NCBI GenBank assembly: GCA_038087875.1
Contig: CM075989.1
Location: 6,884,001-6,948,000, forward strand
Origin: Malacoraja senta
Lineage: Eukaryota
Reading direction: 5' to 3'
DNA: 64,000 nt
The position numbers and the translations under genes were made by a program. The notes under the pieces are model-generated. The model saw only the letters and a list, made by a program, of their open reading frames with translations. It searched no databases and was not told where the DNA came from. Shown piece after piece: positions 1-12,363 of the stretch (position 1 is the stretch's first letter; every line of letters starts with the position of its first letter).

Positions 1-710
1 CAAGACTGATACCCAAAGCAGAATGGATTATCTTCGGAATAACGGAAGATGATCCAGAACTAAATGTGTTTCAAAAGAAATTAATGGACTATGGGTTAAT
101 AACTGGAAAAAAGCTAATTCTAAAATTTTGGAAGAAGGCTCCAATACCAACTATAAATATGTGGATTTCAAATATGTTTGAAACATTACACCTTGAAGAG
201 ATAAGACTCCTCCTAGCAGGTAAACCAGATCACTTCCACCTGACGTGGTCTGCATTTATAGAATTATTACAAACATAGGGTGCAAAAGTACTTTAAAAAA
301 AATAAAAATTTGAGGTCAGGTAAGGGGGGGGTGATAGTTGAAGAGTTGGTATGTCCTATTTACGTGATGCTCAAAAAAAAAACATTTGTTTCTCTTTTTT
401 TCTCTTTCTCTTTTCTTTTCTTAGGGCCTATTTCTTAACTCTTTTTCTTTTTGTTTTTAATTTCGCTCTTATAGGGTCTTCGTCCTTTTTTGTTGTTACA
501 TTTTCTACACTTTTCTACACTTGCACTTTTTCCTTCACTTTCTTCTCTCTTTCAATCTTTTCTTTTTCTAGTGTAAAAAAATAAATAAAGGGAGTACATT
601 AATTGTAAGAAGATATAAATGACGAGTATTAATGTATGTGGTTGTAATGTAATGTACTTCTAATAAATAAAAATAAAAAATAAAAAAATAAAAAAAAATA
701 AAAAAAAAAA
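1..710 (+). mobile_element. L1-clade LINE 3' end (ORF2 C-terminus, 3' UTR, A-rich tail); runs off the window start
   Basis: ORF 66-278 resembles an L1 ORF2 C-terminus and is followed by a T-rich UTR and an A-rich tail at ~661-710. The peptide matches the copy at 50521-51141. Confidence 0.85.
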
Positions 711-1000
711 GAATAAGGGGTAGGCCATTTAGTACTGAGATGAGGATAAACTTTCTTCACCCAGAGAGTTGTGAATCTGTGGAATTATCTGCCACAGAAG
801 GCAGTGAAGGCCAATTCACTGGATGTTTTCAAGAGAGAGTTACATTTAGCTCTTGGGGCTAGCAAAATGAAGGGATATGGGGAAAAAACAGGAAAGAGGT
901 ACTGATTTTAGATGAACACCCATGATCATATTGAATGGCAGTGCTGTCCAGAAGGGCCGAATGGCCTATTCCTGCACCTATTTTCTATGTTTCTATGCTT
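711..1000 (+). mobile_element. CR1-type LINE 3' fragment
   Basis: FFTQRVVNLWN-type coding remnant followed by the CR1 3' UTR ending CTATGTTTCTATG. Confidence 0.8.
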
Positions 1001-2559
1001 GAGTATATGGCAATAAAACTCGACCACTTGATGTTGAAGCATTCATGCATGGTGGAGGTATAATGTAGTCATAGATTGATAAAGTGTGTAAACAGGCCCT
1101 TCGGCCCAACTTGGCCACACCCACCAACATGTCCCAGCTACACTACCTGGGAGGGTCCATATCCCTCCAAACCTGTCCTATCCATGTATCAGTCTAACTG
1201 TTTCTTAAATGTTGGGATAGTCCCTGCCTCAACTACCTCCTCTGGCAGCTTGTTCCATACACCCACCACCCTTTGTGTGGATAACATTACCCCTTAAAAA
1301 GTTACCTTAAAAATATTTCAAACAAAAAACATTGAAATCATACTTCCACAATGCACTGAAACATGATTTTATTACATCAAATTTCAAAAAGTCCCTACCC
1401 TCCTCCCACACCGTCCTCCCACACCCTCCTCCCACACCCTCCTCCCACACCCTCCCCCACTCAGTCGCTCCACTCCCTCGCCAGGTACCCCAAGGCCAGT
1501 GATCAGTGATCGCTCAGCCCCCCCACTTTAAAAAAACGCTCCGCGGCCCCTGGTTCAGACGGAGATGTGAATTTCGAATTCAGATGTATGCGGGGGACTG
1601 AAGCCCGTTGTCCGTAATGTCTGGATCCCAATGCTCAGCGCTTCGTGTTTCGGAGTTGGCTAATGTTATTGATTTGTAATTAGCCTGATTTGTAATTAGT
1701 TGACAAAACCTTAATTTATTAATCTGGAATATCCAGGGGGATGGGATAAGTGTAATATTAAAATGACATGCAAGGTGTCAGGCTGTCTGTCACAACATAC
1801 AGCCCCGATAACCCATTATTTCCTTCAGTTAAATATTGGGAAGGTAGCACTATTGTCATTTGCCACTCAACTATTATGTTTGTTTACCTCACTGACTATT
1901 TCTAAACCCCCTCCCCCCAAATTCCTTTGACAGGTTGAATAAAAATGTCCCCGATCTAATTGTTTTATTAAATGAACACGTAGATGAACATCCTCAAGTA
2001 GTGTAAACAGATGGAAAGTGATTCAGATGCGATGTTTAAGAGCTTGTTCAAAGAAGGGGCATATTTTAAAGGAGTGACAGAGATACTTGCAGGGGAATGT
2101 GTGAGGAGGTTATTATTTGTCTTTAGTTTTAGCTTGAACCAGGACATCTGAAGATTCAAAGTTTAATATAGTAATTGTGCTGATACTGACTCCAACCATC
2201 CACGTAATGAATATCATCCATTCCGGAGGTTTTATTTTTCTGATGCCATTTAAACTTCACTTGGATTTCAATCACTTCAATGTAAATGAAATTGGGAATG
2301 GGGAGCATTGGAACAAAAATTTTCCCTCGATACATATTAACTGTAATATAATAATATATGCATGTTGGTAGGTGCAATCAAAACAAAGTAATTTTTATCA
2401 TTGTTCTGTTATGAATACCACAGAAAATATTATGAACTCTCAAGATCACATTAAATAGAATATTATTGCTTAAATATATAGTTATTGGACTTTGCATTTC
2501 GGAAAAGTCCCAGCTGAGAGGAAGACAGCAAAATACTGAAAATATTGGGGGTGAAAATG

Positions 2560-2830
2560 ACTTCAGGACAGTTTGTTAGGAAAATGAAGGAAATGGTAAC
2601 AGAATATTTATACAGCTGAGTGAGTATAATTTTATGGATGAGAAATTGTGTTCAACCAATTGATGACTTCTTTGACAAAGTAACTAGCATGTTAGATAAC
2701 AAGGAAACCAATGGATGTAGCAAATTTTGTTATACAAAATTTGGTCCATGAAGTGCCCCATAAAAGATTACCGCATTAGATAAGCACCTGTGGACTTCAA
2801 CGTAATAGGTTAAGTCCAGGGGGTCAGATA
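2560..2830 (+). mobile_element. Highly decayed CR1 RT fragment
   Basis: Frameshifted translation resembling the CR1 RT segment TNLxxFFxxVT...DVVYLDFxKAFDKVPH. Confidence 0.5.
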
Positions 2831-2927
2831 TGGGGCTTTATGTATGGGTCAGATATATTGTCAGTGCAGAGGGGCTAGGAGCAATGCCAAGTGTGCATCC
2901 AGAGTCAAGGTCTGGAATAGTACTGGG

Positions 2928-3130
2928 TGTAGATCAGTGCATGTTCCTTTAACTTAGTGACCTCACCACTACTAACCACTCCCCATTGTCTCTCCTATAA
3001 TTGTAAGGTCCCCACCTCCAGCCCGCTCTCTAGCTCCAGTGATGACCACGGACAGCTATTGCATAGTGTGTGTTAGTGATATAATAAACCATCAGTAAAA
3101 GACTCTGTGTAGGAACCAAGTCATTTTACA
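2928..3130 (+). repeat. 5' LTR (203 bp)
   Basis: Direct repeat of 4263-4464; the only difference I can see is a 1-bp indel. Contains AATAAA. Confidence 0.95.
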
Positions 3131-3227
3131 TGGTGTCACAGTGGTAGACTCGCGTCTCCTGTTTATCGGTTTTTCTTTTTATTCTTTGCTTTCTCCCAGT
3201 TGTTCACGTCCCCCCCCCGTTTTCATT

Positions 3228-4058
3228 ATGTCCAATTCCTGTCGTCGACCCGACATATTGGTCTTTGACACGGACATTGTCCACCGCTGGACTGTGTTCC
3301 AGCGCGACTTTGAACATTACACAGCCATTGCTCATCCTAATGCCACCCCTGCTGTGCAGGCTCACCTGCTGCTCAACCTCGCTGGCCCGGAGGCCATGGA
3401 TCACTATGCTTCATTCGACTTCGCCCCCGGAGAAGACCGTCGGGACCCGGTATGTCTCATCGATAAATTCACTGCCGTCTGTGATATCCCTACTAATAAC
3501 ATTATTGAACGCTTTAAATTCTTCCAGAGGCGGCAGAATCCCGGCGAGCATATTGACGCTTTTATTGCCTCTTTGCGTCATATGGCTCGGCGCTGTCGCC
3601 TTGAAACAATCTCCACGGACGAATTGATCAGGGATGTCCTGGTCAATGGTCTCCTGAACGCTAAGCTGCGTGACGAGCTCCTTATGAAATCTGATTTGAC
3701 ACTAAGGGAGGCTATGCATTCCGCTCGTATGGCCTCTGCTGTTAGCTCCGTGTCTCAACCGGTGTCCCAGGACATTAACTTTACCGGTGCAGCTGGCCGC
3801 CGGCGGAACGCTGGTCTGCCACGACGAAACCCCGCCGCAATGCCCGCTAAGGTCACCCCACGCCGTTGCCCCAATTGCAATTTTTCTTTCCACCAATTCA
3901 ACGTTTGCCCCGCGCAGGGTAAGACTTGTAATTCCTGTGGCAAACTGAACCACTTTTCGGCGGCTTGTCGGTCCCGTGATAAGCCGGTCCCTGCTCCAAG
4001 GATGTTCTCCTCCGTCTCCGGTTCATTCCCCGCCCGGCTCTCCCACCTCTTTCCCTGA
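3228..4058 (+). CDS. gag: Retrotransposon Gag (276 aa from the first ATG) with two CCHC zinc knuckles
   Basis: Open frame with ERFKFFQRRQ..GE..DAFIASLR..A..C and LIRDVLVNG motifs, then CPNCNFSFHQFNVC and CNSCGKLNHFSAAC (both CX2CX4HX4C). Confidence 0.9.
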   Translation: MSNSCRRPDILVFDTDIVHRWTVFQRDFEHYTAIAHPNATPAVQAHLLLNLAGPEAMDHYASFDFAPGEDRRDPVCLIDKFTAVCDIPTNNIIERFKFFQRRQNPGEHIDAFIASLRHMARRCRLETISTDELIRDVLVNGLLNAKLRDELLMKSDLTLREAMHSARMASAVSSVSQPVSQDINFTGAAGRRRNAGLPRRNPAAMPAKVTPRRCPNCNFSFHQFNVCPAQGKTCNSCGKLNHFSAACRSRDKPVPAPRMFSSVSGSFPARLSHLFP

Positions 4059-4158
4059 CTCTGTCCCTTCTGCTCCTGCGGTTGAGGGGGAATGCGGGTT
4101 GCGCACCCGCTCTGGCCGGTTGGTCAAGCTGCCTGTCCGTTACGGGGAGCTCGCTTAG
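4005..4158 (+). pseudogene. Residual pol (integrase) C-terminal tail
   Basis: Pro/Ser-rich linker ending RTRSGRLVKLPVRY, typical of gypsy pol C-termini. PR, RT, RH and the IN core are absent. Confidence 0.6.
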
Positions 4159-4262
4159 CTGTGTTATGACACGATTAACTGTTCCCAGCGCGGTTTGTAA
4201 TCCTAGCGTATGAGCCATGGTCGCTCTGTGTATTGCCATGTTTTTGTTTCCAAGAGGAGGGA

Positions 4263-4464
4263 TGTAGATCAGTGCATGTTCCTTTACTTAGTGACCTCAC
4301 CACTACTAACCACTCCCCATTGTCTCTCCTATAATTGTAAGGTCCCCACCTCCAGCCCGCTCTCTAGCTCCAGTGATGACCACGGACAGCTATTGCATAG
4401 TGTGTGTTAGTGATATAATAAACCATCAGTAAAAGACTCTGTGTAGGAACCAAGTCATTTTACA
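4263..4464 (+). repeat. 3' LTR (202 bp)
   Basis: Direct repeat of 2928-3130, preceded by the PPT and followed by the TSD. Confidence 0.95.
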
Positions 4465-4809
4465 CTGGGTGTGCAGTCAAAGCTGGGACAATGGGAGTGT
4501 TCAACACTGGGAACTTAAGCAGGTAAGCAGCTATGATCAGGTTAGAATAGGGGGCCAGGTGTAAGGCTGGACTCAGGCTCAGAATGAGAGAAGGTATGCA
4601 ACTGGAGTCAGGGTCAGGAGTTGTACCAGGTGTGCAGTGAGACCTAGGTTGGTCAACATGGGCCACGTTTGATTATAATCTGATTTCCCATACATGAATA
4701 TACTAAGATCATTCATGTGCTGCACCTGTTGATCAGAGCCTGGCTCTAATGTGGAATGTAATTAGGAATGTAATTTAGCCTAACCTTATTCATAGCTAAT
4801 CCAATTTAA

Positions 4810-5058
4810 AGCATAAATATTGCATTCAAGTGTAATTTAAAAGACTCGCTACAGTGTGCACCAGATTGCACAATTTCAAGCTGAAAAATGCAAAAGCTCC
4901 GTACCAATGGGAGAGGGGACACCCCCCTCTCACACCCTCCCCCCCTCCCCCCCTCCCACACCCTACCCCCACCCACCCCCCTCGGTCACTATGCTCCCTC
5001 GGGCTTGGTCTCTCACAATTTTTCACTCCCAACTCTCACCCAATGTTGGCAGCCCTGT
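4810..5058. mobile_element. Possible non-autonomous DNA transposon end (related piece at ~1310-1552)
   Basis: C-rich tract ending GTTGGCAGCCCTG, the reverse of a CAGGG-type TIR. The other end was not found. Confidence 0.35.
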
Positions 5059-5924
5059 ATCACTATAAACTAAACTAATACACAAAGTCAACAATTAAAT
5101 CCCACTCCCCGAGGTTTTTAATCGTGGTTTATAACTCAGCATGCTCCCACTGGGTCTTGCATTATTTCTAGTACTAGGCAGTTTTCTGTTACTCAGTGCC
5201 GTGTTGGAGGTGTTGCTGAACTTGTGGGACAGCAAGGCACATAATAACACTTGAATGATTCACGGTACACTTGTTAATTCACAGAGCGCAATCCAAATCT
5301 CTAATCCTTTCCGTATCTCCCTTACACCATTAATTTAGCACATTGCCTTTCTTTTGAACCACTTTTGCAATGAATTAAAAAAAAAACAAATTACAAAATA
5401 ATGAATGCAAAGATTCTTCTCAGGAGATGTACACTCTCTGAAGTGAATGAAGATTGGCTAACACAACTTAATCTCTATTTAACTCTAACCTATTCTGTTT
5501 TGCTTAATCCCATCGGCAAGCACACATTTTAACACTTATAATACTCCTGTGGGAATGTTTTCAAGGTGCTTCATAAAGGACCAAGCTACTGAAAATATTT
5601 GTCTGCCGTGGTTTATCATGTAATTTTGGAGAGAGCTTTTACGTTTGGGGTGGCGGAGGCGGGATGCAAAGATTCGGGCCTGTCTGACAGAAGGTTCTCC
5701 TACTGAACAAGAAGAGTAGGCACAGTGATGTCCGGCTGATCAAAGGATTGGTTGCACGAGAATTTAATTCACAATTAATTATTGACTGTATAAATGCCAC
5801 TTGGTATTTGCACAAGCAATCTTGTTAATTTATTGAAATTTTGTTTATTACAGTATTATTATATTGTATATTATATATAACATATATTTATTATTATATT
5901 ATAATATAATATTATTATAATACC

Positions 5925-6212
5925 ATACAGCATTAGAGATGCTGCCTCACAGTGCCAGAAACCCAAGATTGATCCTGGCTATGGGTGATGTCTGTATGGA
6001 GTTTGTACGTTCTCCTATGACCTGCATGGGTTTTCTCCGGGTGCTCCGGTTTCCTTCAACACTCCAAAACCATGCAAGATTGTAGGTTAATTGGCTTAGT
6101 TCCAAGCATGTAGGATAGATAGTGTTAGTGTATGGGGTGATCACTGGTCAGCATGGACTTGGTGGGCCGAAAGGCCTGTTTCCGTGCTGTATCTCTGAAC
6201 TAAACTAAACTT
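5925..6212 (+). mobile_element. HE1-like V-SINE
   Basis: tRNA-like head, V-domain (GTTTGTACGTTCTCC...GGGTGCTCCGGTTTCC), CR1-like tail and (CTAAA)n. Confidence 0.8.
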
Positions 6213-7661
6213 AAAACAAATATAACATATAACAAGGATATTATTATATATTGTATCACAGGCCTTGCACACTGCTGCAAGTAAGAATGTCATTGTTCCG
6301 TTATCGGTACATATGATAATTAAACACCCTTGTCTCTGACTCGAGATATTTCAGATGATGCGGCTGGGAAGAGAATTCCTTGGCCTCTATCTCCTTGGTG
6401 TCCATGCTGAGGATGGCAACTATGGATCAAAAGAACAAAATAAATAACAACAGGCCACCATGTGCACCATTTGCCATTGCGAACCAGGTTTCTCTTGATT
6501 TCATTAAAATTCAAGTCGATGGATCCTTGCCTCTCTGTGACTAACACCTGCTGCGCTCTTGTGCAGAGAATTCCGATGATTCACTGTTCTCTGGAGGATG
6601 ATGGTGAATCGCGTTACCTCAGTCCAAAATAGCCGACCACATATTTGAGACTGTGGCCCGTAGTTTGAAATACTCCAGCCAGGGAAAAGCATCATATTTG
6701 CATTTACCTTGTCCTGCTTAGTAAGAATTATGTAACTATCAGCAAGTTCGTAGAGTCAGGGATCAATGTTTAAGAAGCAATTAGACAGGGACATGGATAG
6801 GACAGGTTTAGAGGGATATGGGGCAAACGCAGGCAGATGGGATATTGTGGCCAGTGTGGGCAAGTTGGGCCGAAGGGCTTGTTTCCACACTGTAAAACTC
6901 TGACTCTAATTCCCAATACAGGCCCTACATACCATTGCCCAAAACAAGGTGTACACGAGCTTGCAGGATGAATGAAAAACAATGGGCAGAATGCTAGAAT
7001 GGCAAAGATTACAGATGGCTTCTGCTCAGAGTGCCGAATAAAAAGGGGAAGCAAAACAAATGCATCAAACTCGAATGTACCAAATGTACTCGAATGCACT
7101 CGACAGTCATTGCGACATTAATCTTGTGACTCCACTTCATGGCTTTCTGATTAGCAGGAAGTGGGCTTGTAAGATTGATGGCTGCGTGACTTATAAATAC
7201 AGTCCCATGGGAGAAGCATCGACACCAGGCAGATAGGCTAAAATAATTTGAAAGAGAAAATGCACAACAAATGTGTTTTTGATTAATAGCTCATCTCAAC
7301 CCTGACTTTCAAACAGATGATGGTTGTTTACGGGGCAGGGCAGCAATTGGGTTAACGCGGATTGGAAGGGAATGGAATAATCTTTGGACTCCAAAGTTTG
7401 CATTAGTGTGTCGGTGGTGGTAAGTGCGTGTTGCAGGGGATGTGAATGATGCCATGTATAATCATATGGACGCGTCACCTCAGGAGATGGAGTTTCACTG
7501 AGCACAAGCTCTAAGTCTCTGGACCCCTGAGATGCGGCTAATTTTCCTGAAAAGAGTTGGCCGCGTGACGTTGCTGCCAGACTAACGGGGTTGGATTTAT
7601 CCGTGTGAAGGAGGAGGACCATGTCATGGATATTGGTCTCCATGTCAGTAAATGGCCAAGG

Positions 7662-7955
7662 TTTAGTTTAGTTTACAGATACAGCGCAGAAACAGGCCCT
7701 TCTGCCCACCGAGTCCGCGCCACCCAGCGATCCCCGCACACTAACACAATCCTACACACACTAGGGACAATTTACAATTATACCAAGCCATTTAACCTAC
7801 AAACCAAGACATCTTTGGAGTGGGGGAGGAAACTGAATATCTCCCACACAGGTCACAGAGAGAACGCACAAACTCCGTACAGACAAGCACCTGGGTCCTT
7901 GGCGCTGTAAGTGCTGTGAGGCAGCAACTCTACCGCTGTACCACCTTGCTGCCCA
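7662..7955 (-). mobile_element. HE1-like V-SINE
   Basis: Reverse complement of the same family, with (TTTAG)n at 7662. Confidence 0.8.
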
Positions 7956-7997
7956 TCAGTTTCTAGTTTTGCATCTATCAAGTAGTTACCCACACTT

Positions 7998-8784
7998 TAT
8001 AATCATCATAATCATACTTTATTAGCCAAGTGTGTTTTGCAACATACGAGGAATTTGATTTGCTGCACAGTCATCCCAATAAAAAGCAACAGTACACACA
8101 AAATACATTTTAACATAAACATCCACCACAGTGACTCCTCCACTTTCCTCACTATGATAGAAAGCGAAAAAAAGTTAAATCTCTTCTCTTCTTTGTTCTC
8201 CCATGGTCGGGGGCCTCGAGCCTTCCGTTGACGGGGCAATCTTGGCTCCCGTAGCCGGCGGCGTTCGGGCCCTCCGCATCGGGAGCGTTCAAGCTCCTGC
8301 ACCGGGGGTGGGGGGGGGAGGGATCTCAGCTCCCCCGCGCCGGGCGATCTGACCCCGGGTCGAGGCTGGTCGAAACCTTCTGTGTCATTTGGAGCTTCCC
8401 GACCTCAGCCTCTACCCGAGACGGCGAGCGACTCGATGGTGAAATCCGCAGGCCGTGGTTGGAGCGTCGATCCCAGGCAAGGGATCGGCTCCGATGGTAA
8501 GTCCACGGCCCCGTGGTGGGGCTCAAAGTCAGTCACGTACAAGGCCGCCAGCTCCATGATGTTAGGCCGCCGAGCGACCGGAGATATACGACCCGGAAAA
8601 CAATCGCATCTCCGGCAAGGTAAAGATTGAAAAAAAGTTTCCTCCTCCCCCCACCCCCCCCCCCCCACATAAAACAAACCAGAGAACATTAACGCAATCT
8701 TTTAAAACACACTGAAAATAATAAAGAAAAGACGAAAAGCCAGACTGACTGTTGGCGAGGCTGCCATCATCGGTGCCCCCTGGT
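7998..8784 (-). mobile_element. Unclassified GC-rich non-coding retroposon, apparently full length
   Basis: GGGGGCACCG head, conserved hairpins, AATAAA plus (TATGAT)n tail, flanked by a 39-bp direct repeat. Confidence 0.75.
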
Positions 8785-9704
8785 GTTTCTAGCTTTGCAT
8801 CTATCAATTAGTTACCTACACTTGCCACCTATTTATCAGCACTTGGTCCATAGGTTTCTATTTCTTGGTGATTCAAGTACTCATCTAGATATTTCTGACA
8901 TGTTGAGTGTATACCTGGCTCACCACACTTTCAGGCAGTGTGTCCCAGATTCCAGCCACCTTATGGGTGACAGATGTCCTCAGATCCCCTCTACACCACT
9001 TACTTTCTATTCCCTCCAGTTTAAGATACCTTGGCTGAGGGGGAAAAGTTTGCGGATATCTCCTCAACCTATGCCCTTCATAATTTTGTATCCCTCTTTC
9101 AGGTCCCTCCTCAACGCCCTTCGCTCCAAGGCAAACACTCTCGGTCTCTCTTGTCCCTCCTCATGTGAAAGGTTGCATCCCAAAGTTCATTCTGGTGAAA
9201 ATTCTCTGCACCTTCTCCAGTACAATAATTTCCTGTCTATGGTGTTGCAACCAGTACTGTGCACAGAACTACAACTATGGCATAACAAAGTGATGGTAAG
9301 TAGATTTGTGCAGGTACGTATTTGATGGCCGGCATTGACCTGGTGGGCTGAAGGGCCTGTCTTGCTGCCCAATGGTGCAATGGTGCTTTCATTGTTACAT
9401 GTGCGAAGTGCAAATTCTTTCCTTACAAACAGTCCAGTAGAGTATTGCCGTACCCAAGCACATCCGCGATTAGCAAGTGTACAGAAATAGTCCACTAATC
9501 CCACATGCAAGAAGCACCATGTTTTGGCGCCACTTTCAAAGTCCAGTCTGGTGATTATGAGCGTTACCCATTCCAGGCAAGCCCCCGTCTGCTGCGGCCA
9601 TTGCCTTCCTTGGATGGATCGACCAGTGAACCAAAATCCCTCTCCTCGCCCATCAACCTTTGTCCATCATGCAGCTGACCTCGAGGGCGCGGTAGGCCAG
9701 ACTT

Positions 9705-10125
9705 GGGTGCGGCATGGTGGTGCAGTGGTTGCACCTGCACCTGCGGTTCCCGGAGGTTTTTGTCAGTCTCCCTAATGGTCGAAAGTGGTTTCCGCTTCTT
9801 CTATGTTCCGGCGAAATAATCTCCGGGAACCGCACGGAAACCTTAGGTGGGGCGCAAAGTCTCCAGCGGTTTCCGTTCAGGTTTCCTAAGTGGGACAGGG
9901 GGGTGCTGTCTGTACCGAGTTTGTACGATCTCCCCGTGACCACGTGGGTTTTCTCCGAGATCTTCGGTTTCCTTCCACGTACAGGTTTGCAGGTTAATTG
10001 GCTTGGTTTAAGTGTAAATTATCCCTAGTGTGTGTAGGGTAGAGTTAATGTGCGGGGATCGCTGGTCGGCGCGGACTCGGTGGGCCGAAGGGCCTGTTTC
10101 TGCACGGTATCTCTAAACTAACCTA
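9705..10125 (+). mobile_element. V-SINE interrupted by a MITE right end (~9744-9901)
   Basis: SINE head at 9705 and body from ~9902. The intervening piece ends AAGTGGGACAGGG, like the Harbinger-type TIRs. Confidence 0.65.
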
Positions 10126-11059
10126 ACGATCGGTTCCCTTTTCCTCTCCTACCGGCCTCACTCTTCGCCCGTCACGTCCCTCGTCATCACCGGCTCCATC
10201 CTCCCGGCTTCTGGTCGTCGGGGGGCGAGCAGGGGCCTGTATGATGTCTCAATACTTTATGACGTACTTTATCAGCTTGTTTCTAATGAACTGAGTTTGT
10301 TGCTCCGGCATCTGGTGCGGGAAAGTGTGGATGGGGCAAAGTCACGTTATTATCTAAGGCAACACTCTGAGCAGGTTTATGCACGTACTCAAAAATAAAG
10401 TGGCAACGTGCAGTCTACAACAAGAATGGCATGTTCTGTCATAAATTATCAAAGGCAATGAATAACTGAGGGTGAGAAACTAAAACACAACAAGAGTAAA
10501 ATTAGATTCCGATCTGTTTGGAATTCAGGATTGTTGATGCGCATGAAAATGCCCATTTAAAACCTGCTTTCTCTGGGATACACGATTAACATTTTAAGTT
10601 GCAGAGCGAGGTTGTTCCATGTACAGAGATTAAGCTCGGTTGTTGCTGGGATTCCACTGCCCCACCCCCCCCCCCGCCCTGTGCTTGCTTGGACGACTTT
10701 ATCGTAAACATAAATGGGAATGTGGTGGATTTGAGGCCGAGGTTTGGTTGACCTTATCTCACCCCAATAACCCATCCTGGAAGGTTAACATAATAAATAA
10801 ATCGCATCAATAAATGGGTTATGTTGTACACCTAAGATAGATGCAAAATTCTATCTGAGGAAGGATCTTGACCCGAAACGTCACCCATTCCTTCTCTCCA
10901 GAGACGTCGCCTGTCCCGCTGAGTTAATCCAGCATTTTGTGTCTATCTTCGGATTAAACCAGCATCTGCAGTTCCTTCCTACACATTATATTATACAGCT
11001 ACTGTACACCTGTACCAAGTTCCTTGTTGAAGTAGGAGGTGTGTGTTTACACACATCTA

Positions 11060-11380
11060 TACCTTTTGTCTTCTCCCCTCTCCCATCAGGCAAAAGATAA
11101 GGAAGCATGAAAACGTACACCTCCAGATTCAGGGACAGTTTCTTCCCAGCTGTTCTCAGGCAACTGAATCATCCTACCACAACCAGAGAGCGGTACCGAA
11201 CTGCTATCCCTCATTGGTGACCCTCGGACTTGGTTGGACTTTGCTGGCTTTACCTTGCACTAAACGTCATTCCTCGATTGTAATCATTTATTGTCTTTCC
11301 GCTGACTGGATAGCACGTAACAAAAGCTTTTCACTGTACCTCGGTACATGTGACAATAACCCAAACGGAACTGAACTGCA
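11060..11380 (+). mobile_element. Rex1/Babar LINE 3' end
   Basis: SPLPSG..RFRDSFFP remnant, terminal hairpin TTTCACTGTACC..GGTACATGTGAC and short-repeat tail. Confidence 0.75.
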
Positions 11381-11710
11381 CTGTATATGCACCATAACCA
11401 ACCTCTCAAAGCACTTCATCACCACAGACATTATTGCCACCAGTCGATAGTCATTGAGACATGTCCCCTTGCTCTTTTTGGGCACCTATATTATTGATGC
11501 TATCTGAAAACAGGTGGGAACCTCAGACTTCAATAATGAGAGGCTGAAGATGTCCGCAAAAACTCCAGCCAGTTGGTCTGCACAAGTATTAAGAATACGA
11601 CCAGGTCCGGGCGTCATGTTGAAGTCCCCTGCTATGGAGGTAAAAGGTTTTGGGGTACGGTGACTGGTGTTAGTTGACCACGAGTGCAGCTCCTCTAGTG
11701 ATAGTTGGAT
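11380..11710 (-). mobile_element. Rex1/Babar internal fragment (APE GDFN motif joined to RT N-terminus)
   Basis: Minus strand reads IAGDFN, then [14 protein letters not shown]...[29 protein letters not shown]. Confidence 0.75.
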
Positions 11711-12059
11711 CTCCCTGGATCTTTCTTGGACCCGGCACCTTGACTCTCTTGATTATTGGCCAGAGATAAGTTGTTGTCATTACCGTTGGAGAAAATAAGG
11801 TTCCATGGGAAATGCAGGGATTAGCATGGCCTGTGCAGTGGACAACGTTACAAGTAGCCAGGGTGCAAGGAGACGTAACACTAACCAGGGGGTCTTGTTC
11901 TCTGTGTGAGACAGAATTCCAAAACTACTGTGGCCTCCACAATGACTGCACTGGCTCTTGCAGTGGGGTGAACTCGCATGATATGGATTATTTATAGTCA
12001 AGGACCTCAGTGCGAGAAGGTCGAATTCCAGGTGGGGGCACAGTCCCTCATCACGTGTC

Positions 12060-12363
12060 TAAATGAGGAGGTGCTGGCAATCTCGGACTTGTCCCGGCAG
12101 CGCAGTCTGGACCTTAAAGAGAAGGTGCTGGTGCTCTCTGGCTTGAACGGGCAGCTCAGCCTTGGCCTTGGAGTGGGGGCATTGACGGTCTCAGGCTTGT
12201 CCTGGCAATCTTTGCCTCAAAGGGGATGCTGGTGGTCTCGGCTTGGCCCGGTGGCTCAGTCTTGGCCTCGAAGAGGAGATGCTGGCATCCTCAAGGTTTA
12301 TTCTGGCAGCTCAGTCCTGACCTTGAAGAGGAGGTACTGACGGTCTTGGGCCTGTCCCGGCAG
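12060..12363. repeat. Degenerate 54-bp tandem repeat (~5.5 copies; another unit at ~12975-13030)
   Basis: GGCAG anchors at 12096, 12150, 12204, 12305 and 12359. Confidence 0.7.

Larger units (their letters stand above)
2928..4464 (+). mobile_element. Non-autonomous Ty3/gypsy (Mag-like) LTR retrotransposon, gag only
   Basis: TG...CA LTRs at 2928-3130 and 4263-4464, 5-bp TSD CTGGG (2923-2927, 4465-4469), PBS TGGTGTCA at 3131, PPT AAGAGGAGGGA at 4252-4262. Confidence 0.95.

Noticed and set aside
7296..7643. 115-aa minus-strand ORF as a host exon
   Set aside because: No recognisable domain or supporting splice structure. It cannot be fully excluded without a homology search.
8770..8786. CTCF-like motif at the element head (CACCAGGGGGCAC)
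   Set aside because: Good match in one copy only; the copies at 22865 and 29054 are one G short.
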